This document shows positions 46,201-55,503 of a DNA stretch of 64,000 bases, in pieces (position 1 is the stretch's first letter; the number at the start of each line of letters is the position of its first letter). A program made the translations under genes and the position numbers. The stretch is from a virus: IMG/VR virus record IMGVR_UViG_3300047408_000067, positions 1-64,000 of that record; one strand, 5' to 3'. The notes beneath the pieces are model-generated. The model saw nothing but the letters and a program-made list of their open reading frames with translations, was not told the DNA's origin and searched no databases.

Positions 46201-47310
46201 CTACGCTTCCTGCAACGCTGCTACCCTGCGGCGTTCCCGCTTGGGCATAACACGGTGACAGGTCTCGCAGATGCTGTGATGCTGAACAATGTTGCCGCCC
46301 ACCCGCATCAGCCTGCGGACAAGGCTTGGATCCTCGAGCACCCGACTGTAGTTGCTCGCCACGTAGGTCACGTGGTTTGCCAGTTGGTACAGGTTCTCCA
46401 CAGGGTGGTTGACCAGCCTGTTGCGGATCATATCACGAACAGCGGGTGGGATGCCAAAGTCCTGAAGCATGGCAGCCAGCTCTTCGTCCGTATGGGTGCC
46501 GACCGCCACGTCCTTCAACGCCTTGAAGCGGTCCACTTCAGTCTCCACCTTGTTGAGGATGGTGGGTACGTTGGTGGTGATCCACTCCTTGTCGTCGGCC
46601 TCGTCGGCTCGCTTGGTGTAGTGCATGACGTTTTGGGTGCTGGTCATCCCGTTCGTACACACCAGTCGTTCCCAATAGCCAGATAGATCAAGACCGAGAC
46701 CAGTACCACCAGGGGCACTGTATCCGTACGGGCTAACGTACAACTGGACTCCGCTAGCCACGATGTCGTTGACCTTAGCACCCTGATTACCGCCCTCCAG
46801 GCGCTGGTAATCCTTGCCGCCCATGTTGTATTCACTGCCGCCCACCAGGGAGATGTACTGGCGATCTTGCGTTCCCCAGACCTTGTAACCCTTGACGTGC
46901 TTGCGGCCACCCATTGCACGTTCTACGGTGCGCATGTAGTCGAGCGGGTCGCGTACTTCGACCTTCCCGTCAATGATGGCTTGAATCTCACCCTCACGAG
47001 TAAGTGCCTTCAGGTTGCCCTGGCGCTCCCTGAAGCTGTAATCGAGCAGACCCACAACGTGTGCTTGCGCATCGGTGCCCATGTACTTGAGCATGCTGTT
47101 GGTCTGTAGCCCGCTAACGCGGAACAACGTGTCCCAGGCGCTTGCGCCCAGAGGCATTACGTCGTCCTTGTTGCCGAAGCGGTACTGCACCTTGCCGTTG
47201 GTACCGACCTGGAGGCCGTAGCTGTCGTCTGGGGCAAACTGGCGTTCCTCAAGCCCGCTAAAGGGCAGGAGCGTCTGCAGCGCCGTTTCACGATCAACCA
47301 TCTGTGTCAT
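46201..47310 (-). CDS. DUF932-like phage protein
   Basis: ERLVCTNGM motif, NLYQLANHVT. Confidence 0.6.
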   Translation of the reverse strand: MTQMVDRETALQTLLPFSGLEERQFAPDDSYGLQVGTNGKVQYRFGNKDDVMPLGASAWDTLFRVSGLQTNSMLKYMGTDAQAHVVGLLDYSFRERQGNLKALTREGEIQAIIDGKVEVRDPLDYMRTVERAMGGRKHVKGYKVWGTQDRQYISLVGGSEYNMGGKDYQRLEGGNQGAKVNDIVASGVQLYVSPYGYSAPGGTGLGLDLSGYWERLVCTNGMTSTQNVMHYTKRADEADDKEWITTNVPTILNKVETEVDRFKALKDVAVGTHTDEELAAMLQDFGIPPAVRDMIRNRLVNHPVENLYQLANHVTYVASNYSRVLEDPSLVRRLMRVGGNIVQHHSICETCHRVMPKRERRRVAALQEA

Positions 47311-47317
47311 TGTTGTG

Positions 47318-47521
47318 CTATGCCACTGCTTTCTTTTTGGTAGCCTCGGGACGCAGTTTGGTGATCTTTACCACCTTGGTCCCGCACTTGGTGTGATTAC
47401 CTTCGATCATGCCACGCTTGTTGGGTGTTACGCGGTACCTCCCTCGCAGGTTCTTGACCTTGACGCGGCACTTCATGCAATACCCATCGTATAGCTCTTG
47501 GCCTTCTTCTAAGACTGCCAT
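47318..47521 (-). CDS. DUF5679-like zinc-binding protein
   Basis: YCMKCR...N.RGM..G...KCGTKV.KI; GGAG RBS before MAVLEEG. Confidence 0.7.
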   Translation of the reverse strand: MAVLEEGQELYDGYCMKCRVKVKNLRGRYRVTPNKRGMIEGNHTKCGTKVVKITKLRPEATKKKAVA

Positions 47522-47555
47522 TACTTCTCCCTGGGCTGCATGGGCCGACAAGTAC

Positions 47556-47585
47556 AGTATAACCCACTGGACCGTCGGCCTGCAA
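47556..47585 (-). promoter_or_regulatory. Class-A promoter TTGCAG-N18-TATACT
   Basis: Intergenic sigma70-like boxes. Confidence 0.7.
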
Positions 47586-47627
47586 CCCCACTTAGATTAC
47601 CTTGTCTGCTCTATCCGATCGAAAAAC

Positions 47628-48746
47628 TCAGCGTCTGCTGCCGAGGGGGCGTTTCGCGCTGGACGCGGGACGGGTTGGCGCTTTGGTAGTCTTCCGCCGT
47701 GGAGCTTCTTCCTCTTCGTCTTCGTCCTCATCCTCGTCTTCATCACCATCCTCGTCCTCGTCCTCGTCGTCCTCCTCTACTACTGCTGCTGCTTTGCGCC
47801 CTCTTGCGGTGGCTGGCTTGCGAGCCGGGCGCTCTTCTTCTTCAGCTTCCTCATCTTCTTCTTCGTCTGATTCTTCCTCTTCGTCATCCTCGTCCTCGTC
47901 GGGTTCAACCCGACGGCTCTTGGTAGTGGTGGCCTTGCCCTTGGCTACCGTCTTACGTGGGGGAGCCTCCTCCTCGTCCTCGTCTTCCTCCTCCACGTCC
48001 TCCACGTCCTCATCATCATCTTCGTCACCGATGCCCTCGGCGCGGGCCTTCATGGCGCGGCCACCACCGTAGTAGCTCTGAGCCTGTTGGTCGAGATAGC
48101 CTTCAATGTCGATCAGCTTGAGGTTGCGCTGGTCGAAGGCCTCTTTCTCCTCGGCTTCGATATGGTACTTGGTGTCGGTGCCTTCGCCGGTCCGAGTGAT
48201 GCTGTAATCGCGGTCCATGATGGTGCCGCGTCGCTCGTACTTGATGATGAGGTTCTCGACCATTGCACCCGTGAGCTTGAGAAGCCGCACCTGCTTGCTA
48301 TCGCGGTCCCACACGTTGACGTACCAACGCTTACCCGCACGGATGTCGCCGTCCAGGCGGCAGTTCTCGATGCACGGGACATACGCACCGTTCCCGCCTC
48401 CGCCCCCAGGGACATAGTGCTCGCCGTACTCCACCCACGGATTGCGCTTGTTGAACGGCTCGTGCAGGAAGCGCACTGTTCGTGCTTCGCCTTCCTTGAA
48501 CGTCAAGCGCACATTCGGCATCTGCTTTGCCGAGTCTCGCATGCTCTTGGCATCTTCGTGTGCCACGGTACGCACCTTGATGGTCTTGGGTGCGTCAACT
48601 TCGCTCTTGCCGTTACGGGCAAACGTGCTTTTTACTGCCATACTGTCCTCGTCTTCGTATACATTTCTACCAAATCCTCTTGAACGCGGCTGGTCTACAC
48701 GAGTAGACGCTTCCCTCCTGTGCTCTGAGTACTCTAGCCTAGCCAT
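47628..48746 (-). CDS. Single-stranded DNA-binding protein (gp32-like) with long acidic/basic tail
   Basis: VRFL...H...YVPC...C, YSITRTGEGTDTKY; next to primase. Confidence 0.75.
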   Translation of the reverse strand: MARLEYSEHRREASTRVDQPRSRGFGRNVYEDEDSMAVKSTFARNGKSEVDAPKTIKVRTVAHEDAKSMRDSAKQMPNVRLTFKEGEARTVRFLHEPFNKRNPWVEYGEHYVPGGGGGNGAYVPCIENCRLDGDIRAGKRWYVNVWDRDSKQVRLLKLTGAMVENLIIKYERRGTIMDRDYSITRTGEGTDTKYHIEAEEKEAFDQRNLKLIDIEGYLDQQAQSYYGGGRAMKARAEGIGDEDDDEDVEDVEEEDEDEEEAPPRKTVAKGKATTTKSRRVEPDEDEDDEEEESDEEEDEEAEEEERPARKPATARGRKAAAVVEEDDEDEDEDGDEDEDEDEDEEEEAPRRKTTKAPTRPASSAKRPLGSRR

Positions 48747-48783
48747 ACCTAAAGTGTACTTGTCCCAGCTTTGCGGAGCAAAC

Positions 48784-49755
48784 CTAGCTTTTGAAGGGGT
48801 CGTAGTCTGGTTCTACCAACGTCGTCCAATGCACCCGCCTCTGAAGCATCCTACGCATAGTTTGCTGAGACAGCTCATTGGGATCTTTCCTGCTTACTTG
48901 CCATTGTACCACAAACACCAGCGGTACACGCTCGGCCAAGTCCCTACACATTTTGAATTGTGCGATATGGCCTGCGGCATCGTTATCGCAGAATACGGTT
49001 ACCTCATCGAATCGTTCTGCGATAAGGTCCAGTTGTTCCCTGGTTAGCCCTGTGCCGAGGGTGGCAACGAAGTTGTCGTGTCCGTACTCGTATGATCGAA
49101 GTGCGTCTTTAGCACCCTCAACAACAACGACTGAATTTCTATCAGGGTTGACGTACGGCAGTCCGTACAGGACGTGGCGTCTATCAAAGTCCTTAGAGTA
49201 GAGATATCTTGGGCGTTGTACCTCGTTGACCGCTCGTCTGATGATACCGACCCACTTCTCTCCCGCTCGTACTGGAATGACCGCGCGTTTAGATCCTCCA
49301 TCATATCCCAGGTCAAAACGTACGATAGTCTCTCGATCGAAGCGTCCATACGGCTGTCCATTATGCAGCCACCATGAGCTACCCTTCCTGTATTTGGTTA
49401 TGTCTACGGTTTTGAACCGATGTCTAGGAGGGTGCAGGATTGCGTCTAGCTGCGCCAGGGCACGGTTGCGCACGCTTACTATGTCCAGTGGGCTGCCGTA
49501 CTCGCTGATAACGTCTACGGCTTCTCGGTAACTGGTGCGTTGGGTAAGCATTACCAAGCGCGGCAGGTTACCGCGCTCTCCACACACCCAACAGTGCCAG
49601 AGGCCAGTGCGCGTGTTTATCTCCAGGTTAGGTGCGCCCGTCTCACCATGGAATACGCACAGGGTTACGAACTCTTGCTGTATGACCTCCCCATCTAACC
49701 TGAGTCGTTCCAGTACCTGCGGCACATTGACGTCTAGGTCATCCAGGTCGGCCAT
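48784..49755 (-). CDS. DNA primase (DnaG-type)
   Basis: CVFH...CWVC zinc finger; Toprim VVEG..D and DND. Confidence 0.9.
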   Translation of the reverse strand: MADLDDLDVNVPQVLERLRLDGEVIQQEFVTLCVFHGETGAPNLEINTRTGLWHCWVCGERGNLPRLVMLTQRTSYREAVDVISEYGSPLDIVSVRNRALAQLDAILHPPRHRFKTVDITKYRKGSSWWLHNGQPYGRFDRETIVRFDLGYDGGSKRAVIPVRAGEKWVGIIRRAVNEVQRPRYLYSKDFDRRHVLYGLPYVNPDRNSVVVVEGAKDALRSYEYGHDNFVATLGTGLTREQLDLIAERFDEVTVFCDNDAAGHIAQFKMCRDLAERVPLVFVVQWQVSRKDPNELSQQTMRRMLQRRVHWTTLVEPDYDPFKS

Positions 49756-49758
49756 AGG

Positions 49759-51111
49759 CTAGTCGTCCGACTCTTCTTCTTGGGCCACGGGGCGGCGACG
49801 GCTGCTGCGCGCTGCGGTGTCTTCCTTGATGACGCCGTTGTCGATGTCCAACTCGAACTTGATGGTGTCACCAGTGCGCCCACGGCGGTTCTTCTTCACT
49901 ACCATCTTCAGATCACCAGCTCGGTAGCGCAGCGACAATACCTGGTCACTGTCCGCACCAAGGGCGTCTGTTAGTGAGATGTGGTCCAGCTCTGGTGCAT
50001 CCTGCGCATCGACACCCTTGCGGTTGGCCTGTGCGTTCAAGACAAACGGGATGTCGAACTGGCGGGCTATGTTGTGCTTTGCCATGCGGCTTGTCTGCAC
50101 TGCCTGAATCCAGTTGTCTCCACCGCGTACCAAATCGTTGCCCACACCCAGACCGAAGTAGTCAAAGAACGCAATGTTCGGCTCGTGCTGCTCGCACTTC
50201 GCCACCATTGTCGCCATTGAGAAGCCGCCCTGCGCATTGGGGGTGATAAAACTGGACTTCAGTTGCTGGCGTGCCTTGATGAGAAACCGTCGGTACTTCT
50301 TCAGATCCAACGCACCCATCATCATGCCCATGTTGCTGAAGCGGTCAGCGAACTCGTCTTTGGCACTCGCCGCCAGCTTGTTGTTGAGCAGCGTTTGTAC
50401 CCGCATACCGATCTGGGCTGGAGACATCTCCAGGCTGGCATACAGGACTTTCGCACCAGAAATGACCGCGTTGGTCGCAAAGTACAGAGACATCCACGTC
50501 TTGAACTCACCCTGGCGTGCCACAATGGTGATCAGGTCGGGTGCCTGCATGCCGCCCGTTTGCTTGTCCAGGCTTGGTATCCCAAAGGGGTACCCAATGG
50601 ACTCGCCAGCAGCTACCTGATCGTGTGCCCGCTTCACGTGGTTGTACGTGTGCTGCCAGTTGTTGAGGATGTCGATGTCCTCGCCCTTGGAGTACAACTG
50701 AAGTATCTGACGGATATCGCCTTCGAGTTCGGTAGCCAGCACCGCAGGCTCGATACGTCCGAGACGTCGCATTGCCTTCTCGAACATCTTGCCCAGGTCG
50801 TAGTCTGCTTTGCTGCGCTGTGCCTGCGCTACAAGCAGTTCGATTTCGTCTGGGTCCATTGCGTAGACACGGAAGTTAGGAAACCGCACCTTGAAGGTTT
50901 CCTTGTTCGTAGCCCTGTGCTCTTGAAGCCAGATCCACTCTGCCTTGCGACGCATGAACAATGCGTCGGTAACACCCATACGCATAACTTGGGACACACC
51001 ACGCCCTGGTCCACGGGTGTGCCGTACAATAGCGCTAATCAATAGATCTTCGTTAGTAGCCACTATGCCCTCTCTTGGCCTCTTGGTCTCTGCGTGGTTT
51101 TGCCACCCCAC
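49759..51111 (-). CDS. Replicative DnaB-like helicase
   Basis: ARQGEFKT, SLEMS, FFDYF, AQANR, KNRRG; start may be GTG near 51063. Confidence 0.9.
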   Translation of the reverse strand: MGWQNHAETKRPREGIVATNEDLLISAIVRHTRGPGRGVSQVMRMGVTDALFMRRKAEWIWLQEHRATNKETFKVRFPNFRVYAMDPDEIELLVAQAQRSKADYDLGKMFEKAMRRLGRIEPAVLATELEGDIRQILQLYSKGEDIDILNNWQHTYNHVKRAHDQVAAGESIGYPFGIPSLDKQTGGMQAPDLITIVARQGEFKTWMSLYFATNAVISGAKVLYASLEMSPAQIGMRVQTLLNNKLAASAKDEFADRFSNMGMMMGALDLKKYRRFLIKARQQLKSSFITPNAQGGFSMATMVAKCEQHEPNIAFFDYFGLGVGNDLVRGGDNWIQAVQTSRMAKHNIARQFDIPFVLNAQANRKGVDAQDAPELDHISLTDALGADSDQVLSLRYRAGDLKMVVKKNRRGRTGDTIKFELDIDNGVIKEDTAARSSRRRPVAQEEESDD

Positions 51112-51149
51112 AGTATAGCATTCTCTGTAGCTGAGATGCCAACTGGCTA

Positions 51150-51989
51150 CTAGAGGCCAAGATAGACTCTTAGCATGTTTCTGTCATACTCGTCCTGAAC
51201 TCTTGCGGATTCTTTCAATCGCTGCTGTTTCAACCAGGGGAATACGTACGCGTCGTCGTACTCGTCCAGTATCTCCTCAGATATCTCCATATCCTTGATG
51301 TCTTGATAGAATCTGCCGTAAGTAAAAGTGTGCAGCCCGTCCGGCTGCCGCTTGCACCGATAAAAGGCAATCTGAATGAATGCCTTCAGAGCAAGAGGGT
51401 CACCGCCAAATCGATGGCGTAGGAGACGAGCAGCACCAACATCCTTCTTCCAATCAAGCTTAGGTGTTTCCCCAAACCTTAGCCTGAAGACAAAGGAGAA
51501 GTAGCAGACGAAATCAGGCCCAGTCCACTTCTCTGCCCTATCCCAGTGACGTCTAAACCTCTTGAAGGGAGAATTACTAGGTTTCGCAGTCTTATATACG
51601 TCTATCGCTTTATCGAATATGCTCTGTATACGCGCTATCGAGTGTGCATTATCCCCTTGGGTATTCCTAGGGTTTTCAATATACCTAAAGGGGCTAACTC
51701 TTTTTTGAACGACTTTCTGAACTTGGTTGGTAATCCCTCCTTGGTTGCCCCTGGGTCCATTCTGGTTGCCCCTAAAAGACGGGACACCATACTTCCTGGC
51801 TCTATGCCCTGCCCCTGCTTGAAGGATTTCCAGACTACCGTCTTCGATAAGATTCCTCAGGGTCTTCTTGGTATACTGCTCCGACCAGCCGAAAATCAAC
51901 GCTATCTCACTGGCGCTAACCCTGACTGTACCCATCGCGTTACAGTGTTCTTCAAACCATACCAGTACGAGACGTTGATTTCTGGTCAT
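51150..51989 (-). CDS. Putative replication initiator / wHTH protein
   Basis: N-terminal SASEIALIFGWSEQYTKKTLRNLIEDG; upstream of helicase and primase. Confidence 0.55.
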   Translation of the reverse strand: MTRNQRLVLVWFEEHCNAMGTVRVSASEIALIFGWSEQYTKKTLRNLIEDGSLEILQAGAGHRARKYGVPSFRGNQNGPRGNQGGITNQVQKVVQKRVSPFRYIENPRNTQGDNAHSIARIQSIFDKAIDVYKTAKPSNSPFKRFRRHWDRAEKWTGPDFVCYFSFVFRLRFGETPKLDWKKDVGAARLLRHRFGGDPLALKAFIQIAFYRCKRQPDGLHTFTYGRFYQDIKDMEISEEILDEYDDAYVFPWLKQQRLKESARVQDEYDRNMLRVYLGL

Positions 51990-52094
51990 AGACCAGAGAT
52001 TACCCTTGCCCTCAAAATTGCCATACCAAACTATAGCACCCACGACGTTCCTAGGGGCATCTAAAAAAGTAGATCGTGAGTTCAAGCTTGTAGA

Positions 52095-52124
52095 TTGCTT
52101 CAGACAAACAAAGTAGGCTACAAT
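52095..52124 (+). promoter_or_regulatory. Class-A promoter TTGCTT-N18-TACAAT
   Basis: Upstream of SF2 helicase ATG 52137. Confidence 0.6.
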
Positions 52125-52136
52125 AAAAGCACTGCA

Positions 52137-53651
52137 ATGGCAAGACAATCCAAGCAAGTAATCCATGCGACGGTAGGAGGCAAGCTGGTCCTACCACGAT
52201 CCCAAGTCCCACGTGAGTTATTTGAGGCGTTATTGACGCATCTCACGTGGGACAACCCTGAGTACAAGGACAGGCAATTCCGCGGGTTGCAAACCCGATA
52301 CTATGACCGTGCGAAACAGACGTGGGTGGAGATTCCTCAGCATATATACGGGTTGACGCTAAACGATGACGATCAGACGTACGAGATAGCTAGAGAATTC
52401 GTTCCAGAGTTCGAAAGACTGGCGAACGAACGGGGGATAGAGATCGAATGGGAAGATCTGCGGGTCACCCATACTCCCAATCCGTTACCACACGGAATAG
52501 AGCTCTGGGAGCCCCAGAGACCCGCTGTTCGAGACCTGCTAAATGATGATTACGGACATCAAGGCGTTCTTGAGGCACCATGCGGGTCGGGGAAAACTGT
52601 TATGCTGCTCTACGTCGTGGCTGAACTTGGACAGCCAACGCTCATTCTCGCTCACACTGATGATCTTCTCAAGCAATGGCAAGATTACTGCCGCCGTCTT
52701 CTGGATTACACGCCTGGACTGATCCAGGGCGATACTTACGACATAAAGCAAATCACGCTTGCCAGTGTAATGACACTTGCTCGTAGAGAGCTAACCCCCG
52801 AGTTCCTCAACCAGTGGGGCATGGTGATACTGGACGAAGCACACCACTGTCCGGCCCAATGCTTTCAAGAAGTGATGACGCAGTTTCCCGCTTACTATCG
52901 GTTTGGCGCTACTGCTACCCCACGGCGTGAAGACAACCTCCAGGGACTTCTGTACGCGATCTGTGGCCCTGTTATTGCCAAGGTGCAGCGCAGGGCACTA
53001 AAGGACGCGGGCCTTATCGTAGACCCTGTCGTGATAGTACATGAAACAGGCTTCACTTTCCCATACAGGGACATGCGCCAATGGCATCCTATGGTGCGTG
53101 CTCTGATAAATGATAGGCGGCGCAATGCCCAGATCATCGAAAACATCATCGCCGACCACGACAGCGGTAACCACGTTCAGCTTGTCCTATCTCAGCAAAT
53201 CGACCACCTCGCTCTCCTGGCAGGGGCTTTACAAAAACGTCGCCCTGACATTTCCCAAGAGCTCCTTATCGCCGGCGGGACTAAGACAGATAAGTACGGA
53301 CGTGTCACACGCAATATCCGTCGTACAAAGGCGCAAAGGACGGAAGCTATCGACGCTGCTAGAAAGGGCCATCTGCGCGTACTATTTGGAACTAAGCTGG
53401 CAGATGAGGGCCTCGATATCCCGCGCCTCGACAGGCTTCACCTTGTGTTTCCCTCAAGGGCACAAGGCAAGATTTCGCAACAAGTTGGACGAATTCAACG
53501 TAGACATCCAGGAAAGAGAGATGTTATCGTCCGCGATTACGTGGATGAGCCTAGAGTCCTTAAGAGCCAGTGGTTCGAGCGAAGAAAAGCCTACGTAGAA
53601 ATGGAGCTGGAAATTGTCCGTGCGAATCAAAGGGAGAGCAGAACTGCTTAG
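52137..53651 (+). CDS. SF2 DEAH helicase (UvsW/XPB-like)
   Basis: APCGSGKT, LDEAHH, TATP, DEGLDIP, QQVGRIQR. Confidence 0.92.
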   Translation: MARQSKQVIHATVGGKLVLPRSQVPRELFEALLTHLTWDNPEYKDRQFRGLQTRYYDRAKQTWVEIPQHIYGLTLNDDDQTYEIAREFVPEFERLANERGIEIEWEDLRVTHTPNPLPHGIELWEPQRPAVRDLLNDDYGHQGVLEAPCGSGKTVMLLYVVAELGQPTLILAHTDDLLKQWQDYCRRLLDYTPGLIQGDTYDIKQITLASVMTLARRELTPEFLNQWGMVILDEAHHCPAQCFQEVMTQFPAYYRFGATATPRREDNLQGLLYAICGPVIAKVQRRALKDAGLIVDPVVIVHETGFTFPYRDMRQWHPMVRALINDRRRNAQIIENIIADHDSGNHVQLVLSQQIDHLALLAGALQKRRPDISQELLIAGGTKTDKYGRVTRNIRRTKAQRTEAIDAARKGHLRVLFGTKLADEGLDIPRLDRLHLVFPSRAQGKISQQVGRIQRRHPGKRDVIVRDYVDEPRVLKSQWFERRKAYVEMELEIVRANQRESRTA

Positions 53652-54048
53652 CTGGCTGCGGCGTAGGAAGGATCTTGACGACAAGCGCAAGGTTCTCACC
53701 CGCAGCATAGACAACATCAACACCTGGGTACTTGCATACTATGAACGGCACAACCTTACGGAGGTCGCAGACCCAGAGACCAAGACCAAATGGCAGAAGC
53801 GCCAGGGTACCACCCAGATCTGGAACGATGAAGCACTGAAGGCATTGCTTCGCCGCCGCAGGGTGCCAGAGGAACTGGTCTTTACGCCAGTAACCACAGA
53901 GGTGCGCAACGACAAGGCCGTCTTCCAGCTAATGCAGGATGGCATTCTCAGTATCGAAGACATCGAAGGCGTCAGCACACTACAGACGCACAAACCTTAT
54001 ATCATGGGGTTGAACAATGCCAAGCAACACGCCGATCAAGAAGACTAA
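53614..54048 (+). CDS. Hypothetical protein
   Basis: N-terminal helical region; coupled to helicase. Confidence 0.6.
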   Translation: MSVRIKGRAELLSWLRRRKDLDDKRKVLTRSIDNINTWVLAYYERHNLTEVADPETKTKWQKRQGTTQIWNDEALKALLRRRRVPEELVFTPVTTEVRNDKAVFQLMQDGILSIEDIEGVSTLQTHKPYIMGLNNAKQHADQED

Positions 54049-54244
54049 CCCCCTGGACAATGGCGACCGCATAGGCGTAAGCTTTGGGGTTACCATCAAC
54101 ATGGGTGACTACCAGAGTCTGAAGGTAGAAGCTTGGGCAGAGGGTACCAAGCGGGAAGGAGAAACATCTGCATCCGCGTATAAGCGCCTATTCGATCTGG
54201 TAGAAAAGCAAGCCAACGACAAAGCGGCGGAGTACAAACCATAG
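54017..54244 (+). CDS. Hypothetical phage protein
   Basis: VSFGVTINMGDYQSLKVE. Confidence 0.65.
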   Translation: MPSNTPIKKTNPLDNGDRIGVSFGVTINMGDYQSLKVEAWAEGTKREGETSASAYKRLFDLVEKQANDKAAEYKP

Positions 54245-54246
54245 GC

Positions 54247-54275
54247 TTGCATTCCTGACAAATCCGTGCTATAGT
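54247..54275 (+). promoter_or_regulatory. Class-A promoter TTGCAT-N17-TATAGT
   Basis: Intergenic. Confidence 0.7.
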
Positions 54276-54347
54276 TCATCTGTGCAGCAACCGATCATCA
54301 GGGAAATAGGTCTCCCTAATCTATTGTGGTTGTTGAGGAGAATCGAA

Positions 54348-54791
54348 GTGGCAAAGAAAAGTACGACAGCGACCGCTAATCGCAAGGTGGCGGTTGCAGA
54401 GGAAGAGGACGACGAGGAAGAGGAAGTAGTAGTAGTCTCGGCAAAGAAGAAGACTGCTGCTCCCGTAGCCAAGTCGGCCACCAATGGCAAGGCGACCACC
54501 AAGGCCGCTGTCACTAAGAAGGCCGCCAAGAGCAACGATGAAGAGGGTGCTTACGCCCCCAATGCCAACAGTATGCGTGATTTCATCATGCGTTCTATGA
54601 GGCGGGGCGGCACGTCTACTGAAATCAAAAAGCGTGCGGCACGGTTTGCTGAGAAGAAGGGCGTGGACGAGCTGTCCGACATCAAGGCGTACAAGAACTT
54701 TGACGTCGCGTTCTTCGCCAAGTTTCTCGAGACCAAGGGCTTCGACGTGAGGATCGACGAGGAAGCGGACAGCTATCTACTTACCACCTGA
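54348..54791 (+). CDS. Histone-like K/A-rich protein with acidic patch
   Basis: GAGGAG RBS before GTG GCA AAG; AKKK/TKKAAK tracts. Confidence 0.7.
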   Translation: MAKKSTTATANRKVAVAEEEDDEEEEVVVVSAKKKTAAPVAKSATNGKATTKAAVTKKAAKSNDEEGAYAPNANSMRDFIMRSMRRGGTSTEIKKRAARFAEKKGVDELSDIKAYKNFDVAFFAKFLETKGFDVRIDEEADSYLLTT

Positions 54792-54811
54792 TTTCAGGGC
54801 TGTTATAGTGT

Positions 54812-54940
54812 GGATCTAAGGAGGTCCCATCTGGCAGGGACGATAGGCTTTTGCGCAACGAAACGGAATCTTGTCGCTGGCCTGCCAGCATCCTTTGATA
54901 CCAACATCCCCGTTGGTGATTGCCAACGGGGTTTTGTTTT
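54812..54940 (+). ncRNA. Candidate ~125-nt hairpin sRNA
   Basis: TGTTATAGT -10 at 54801-54809; rod (AAGGA/TCCTT, CTGGCAGG/CCTGCCAG); terminator CCCCGTTGG/CCAACGGGG-TTTT. Confidence 0.5.
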
Positions 54941-54953
54941 GCTATAGTATTGG

Positions 54954-55013
54954 GTGCTAGCAGGCGAATACTTTCTCTTCGCCGGGACGACATTCGCCTG
55001 CTAGCACTTTTTT
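54954..55013 (+). ncRNA. Candidate ~60-nt sRNA or attenuator (16-bp perfect stem, 22-nt loop, U-tract)
   Basis: Promoter TTGCCA-N17-TATAGT (54920-54948) directly before GTGCTAGCAGGCGAAT/ATTCGCCTGCTAGCAC-TTTTTT. Confidence 0.55.
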
Positions 55014-55031
55014 GTCAGGAAGGAGGATGGT

Positions 55032-55169
55032 ATGTTCGAGGACCCGAAAGCACCAGATCCAAGGCCGGAGCCGCAGCCGCAGCCAGGACAAGAGCCTCGC
55101 CCGCGTCCAGATCCAAGGCCAGAGCCTGCACCAACGCCGGAGCCACAACCAGCTCCGCCTCCGCACTGA
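55032..55169 (+). CDS. 45-aa proline-rich peptide
   Basis: AGGAGG RBS; MFEDPKAPDPRPEPQPQPGQEPRPRPDPRPEPAPTPEPQPAPPPH. Confidence 0.6.
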   Translation: MFEDPKAPDPRPEPQPQPGQEPRPRPDPRPEPAPTPEPQPAPPPH

Positions 55170-55185
55170 TCCGGTCACCCACCGG

Positions 55186-55232
55186 AAAAGAACCCCGTGA
55201 TATGGGGCGGTCCCGTCACGGGGTTTCTTTTT
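55186..55232. terminator. Bidirectional terminator between convergent units
   Basis: AAAAG-AACCCCGTGA...TCACGGGGTT-TCTTTTT. Confidence 0.8.
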
Positions 55233-55347
55233 GTCCTTTTTTCTGGGCATGGAAAGACCCCCTACTCCTCGTTGCTAGCGGCGGGCAAGCACCGCAACGG
55301 TTTCAGGGGTCTTTCCTCCCCGCCGTGGCATACGGGGATCTAGAGGG

Positions 55348-55503
55348 TTAGGTTAGAGCAGCCAACACATAGAATGCTAGGCCAGCCCAACCCAGAGCGT
55401 GTCCGTAGGAGTGATCCCAGTTTGGTCGCCATGACCAAGATGCCATTGCCGCCAGCACCAGCAGTACGAGTGATACAACGAGAACGATTTGATGTAGAGC
55501 CAT
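55348..55503 (-). CDS. Two-TM holin-like protein (51 aa)
   Basis: MALHQIVLVVSLVLLVLAAMA...ALGWAGLAFYVLAALT; coupled to peptidase stop. Confidence 0.6.
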   Translation of the reverse strand: MALHQIVLVVSLVLLVLAAMASWSWRPNWDHSYGHALGWAGLAFYVLAALT

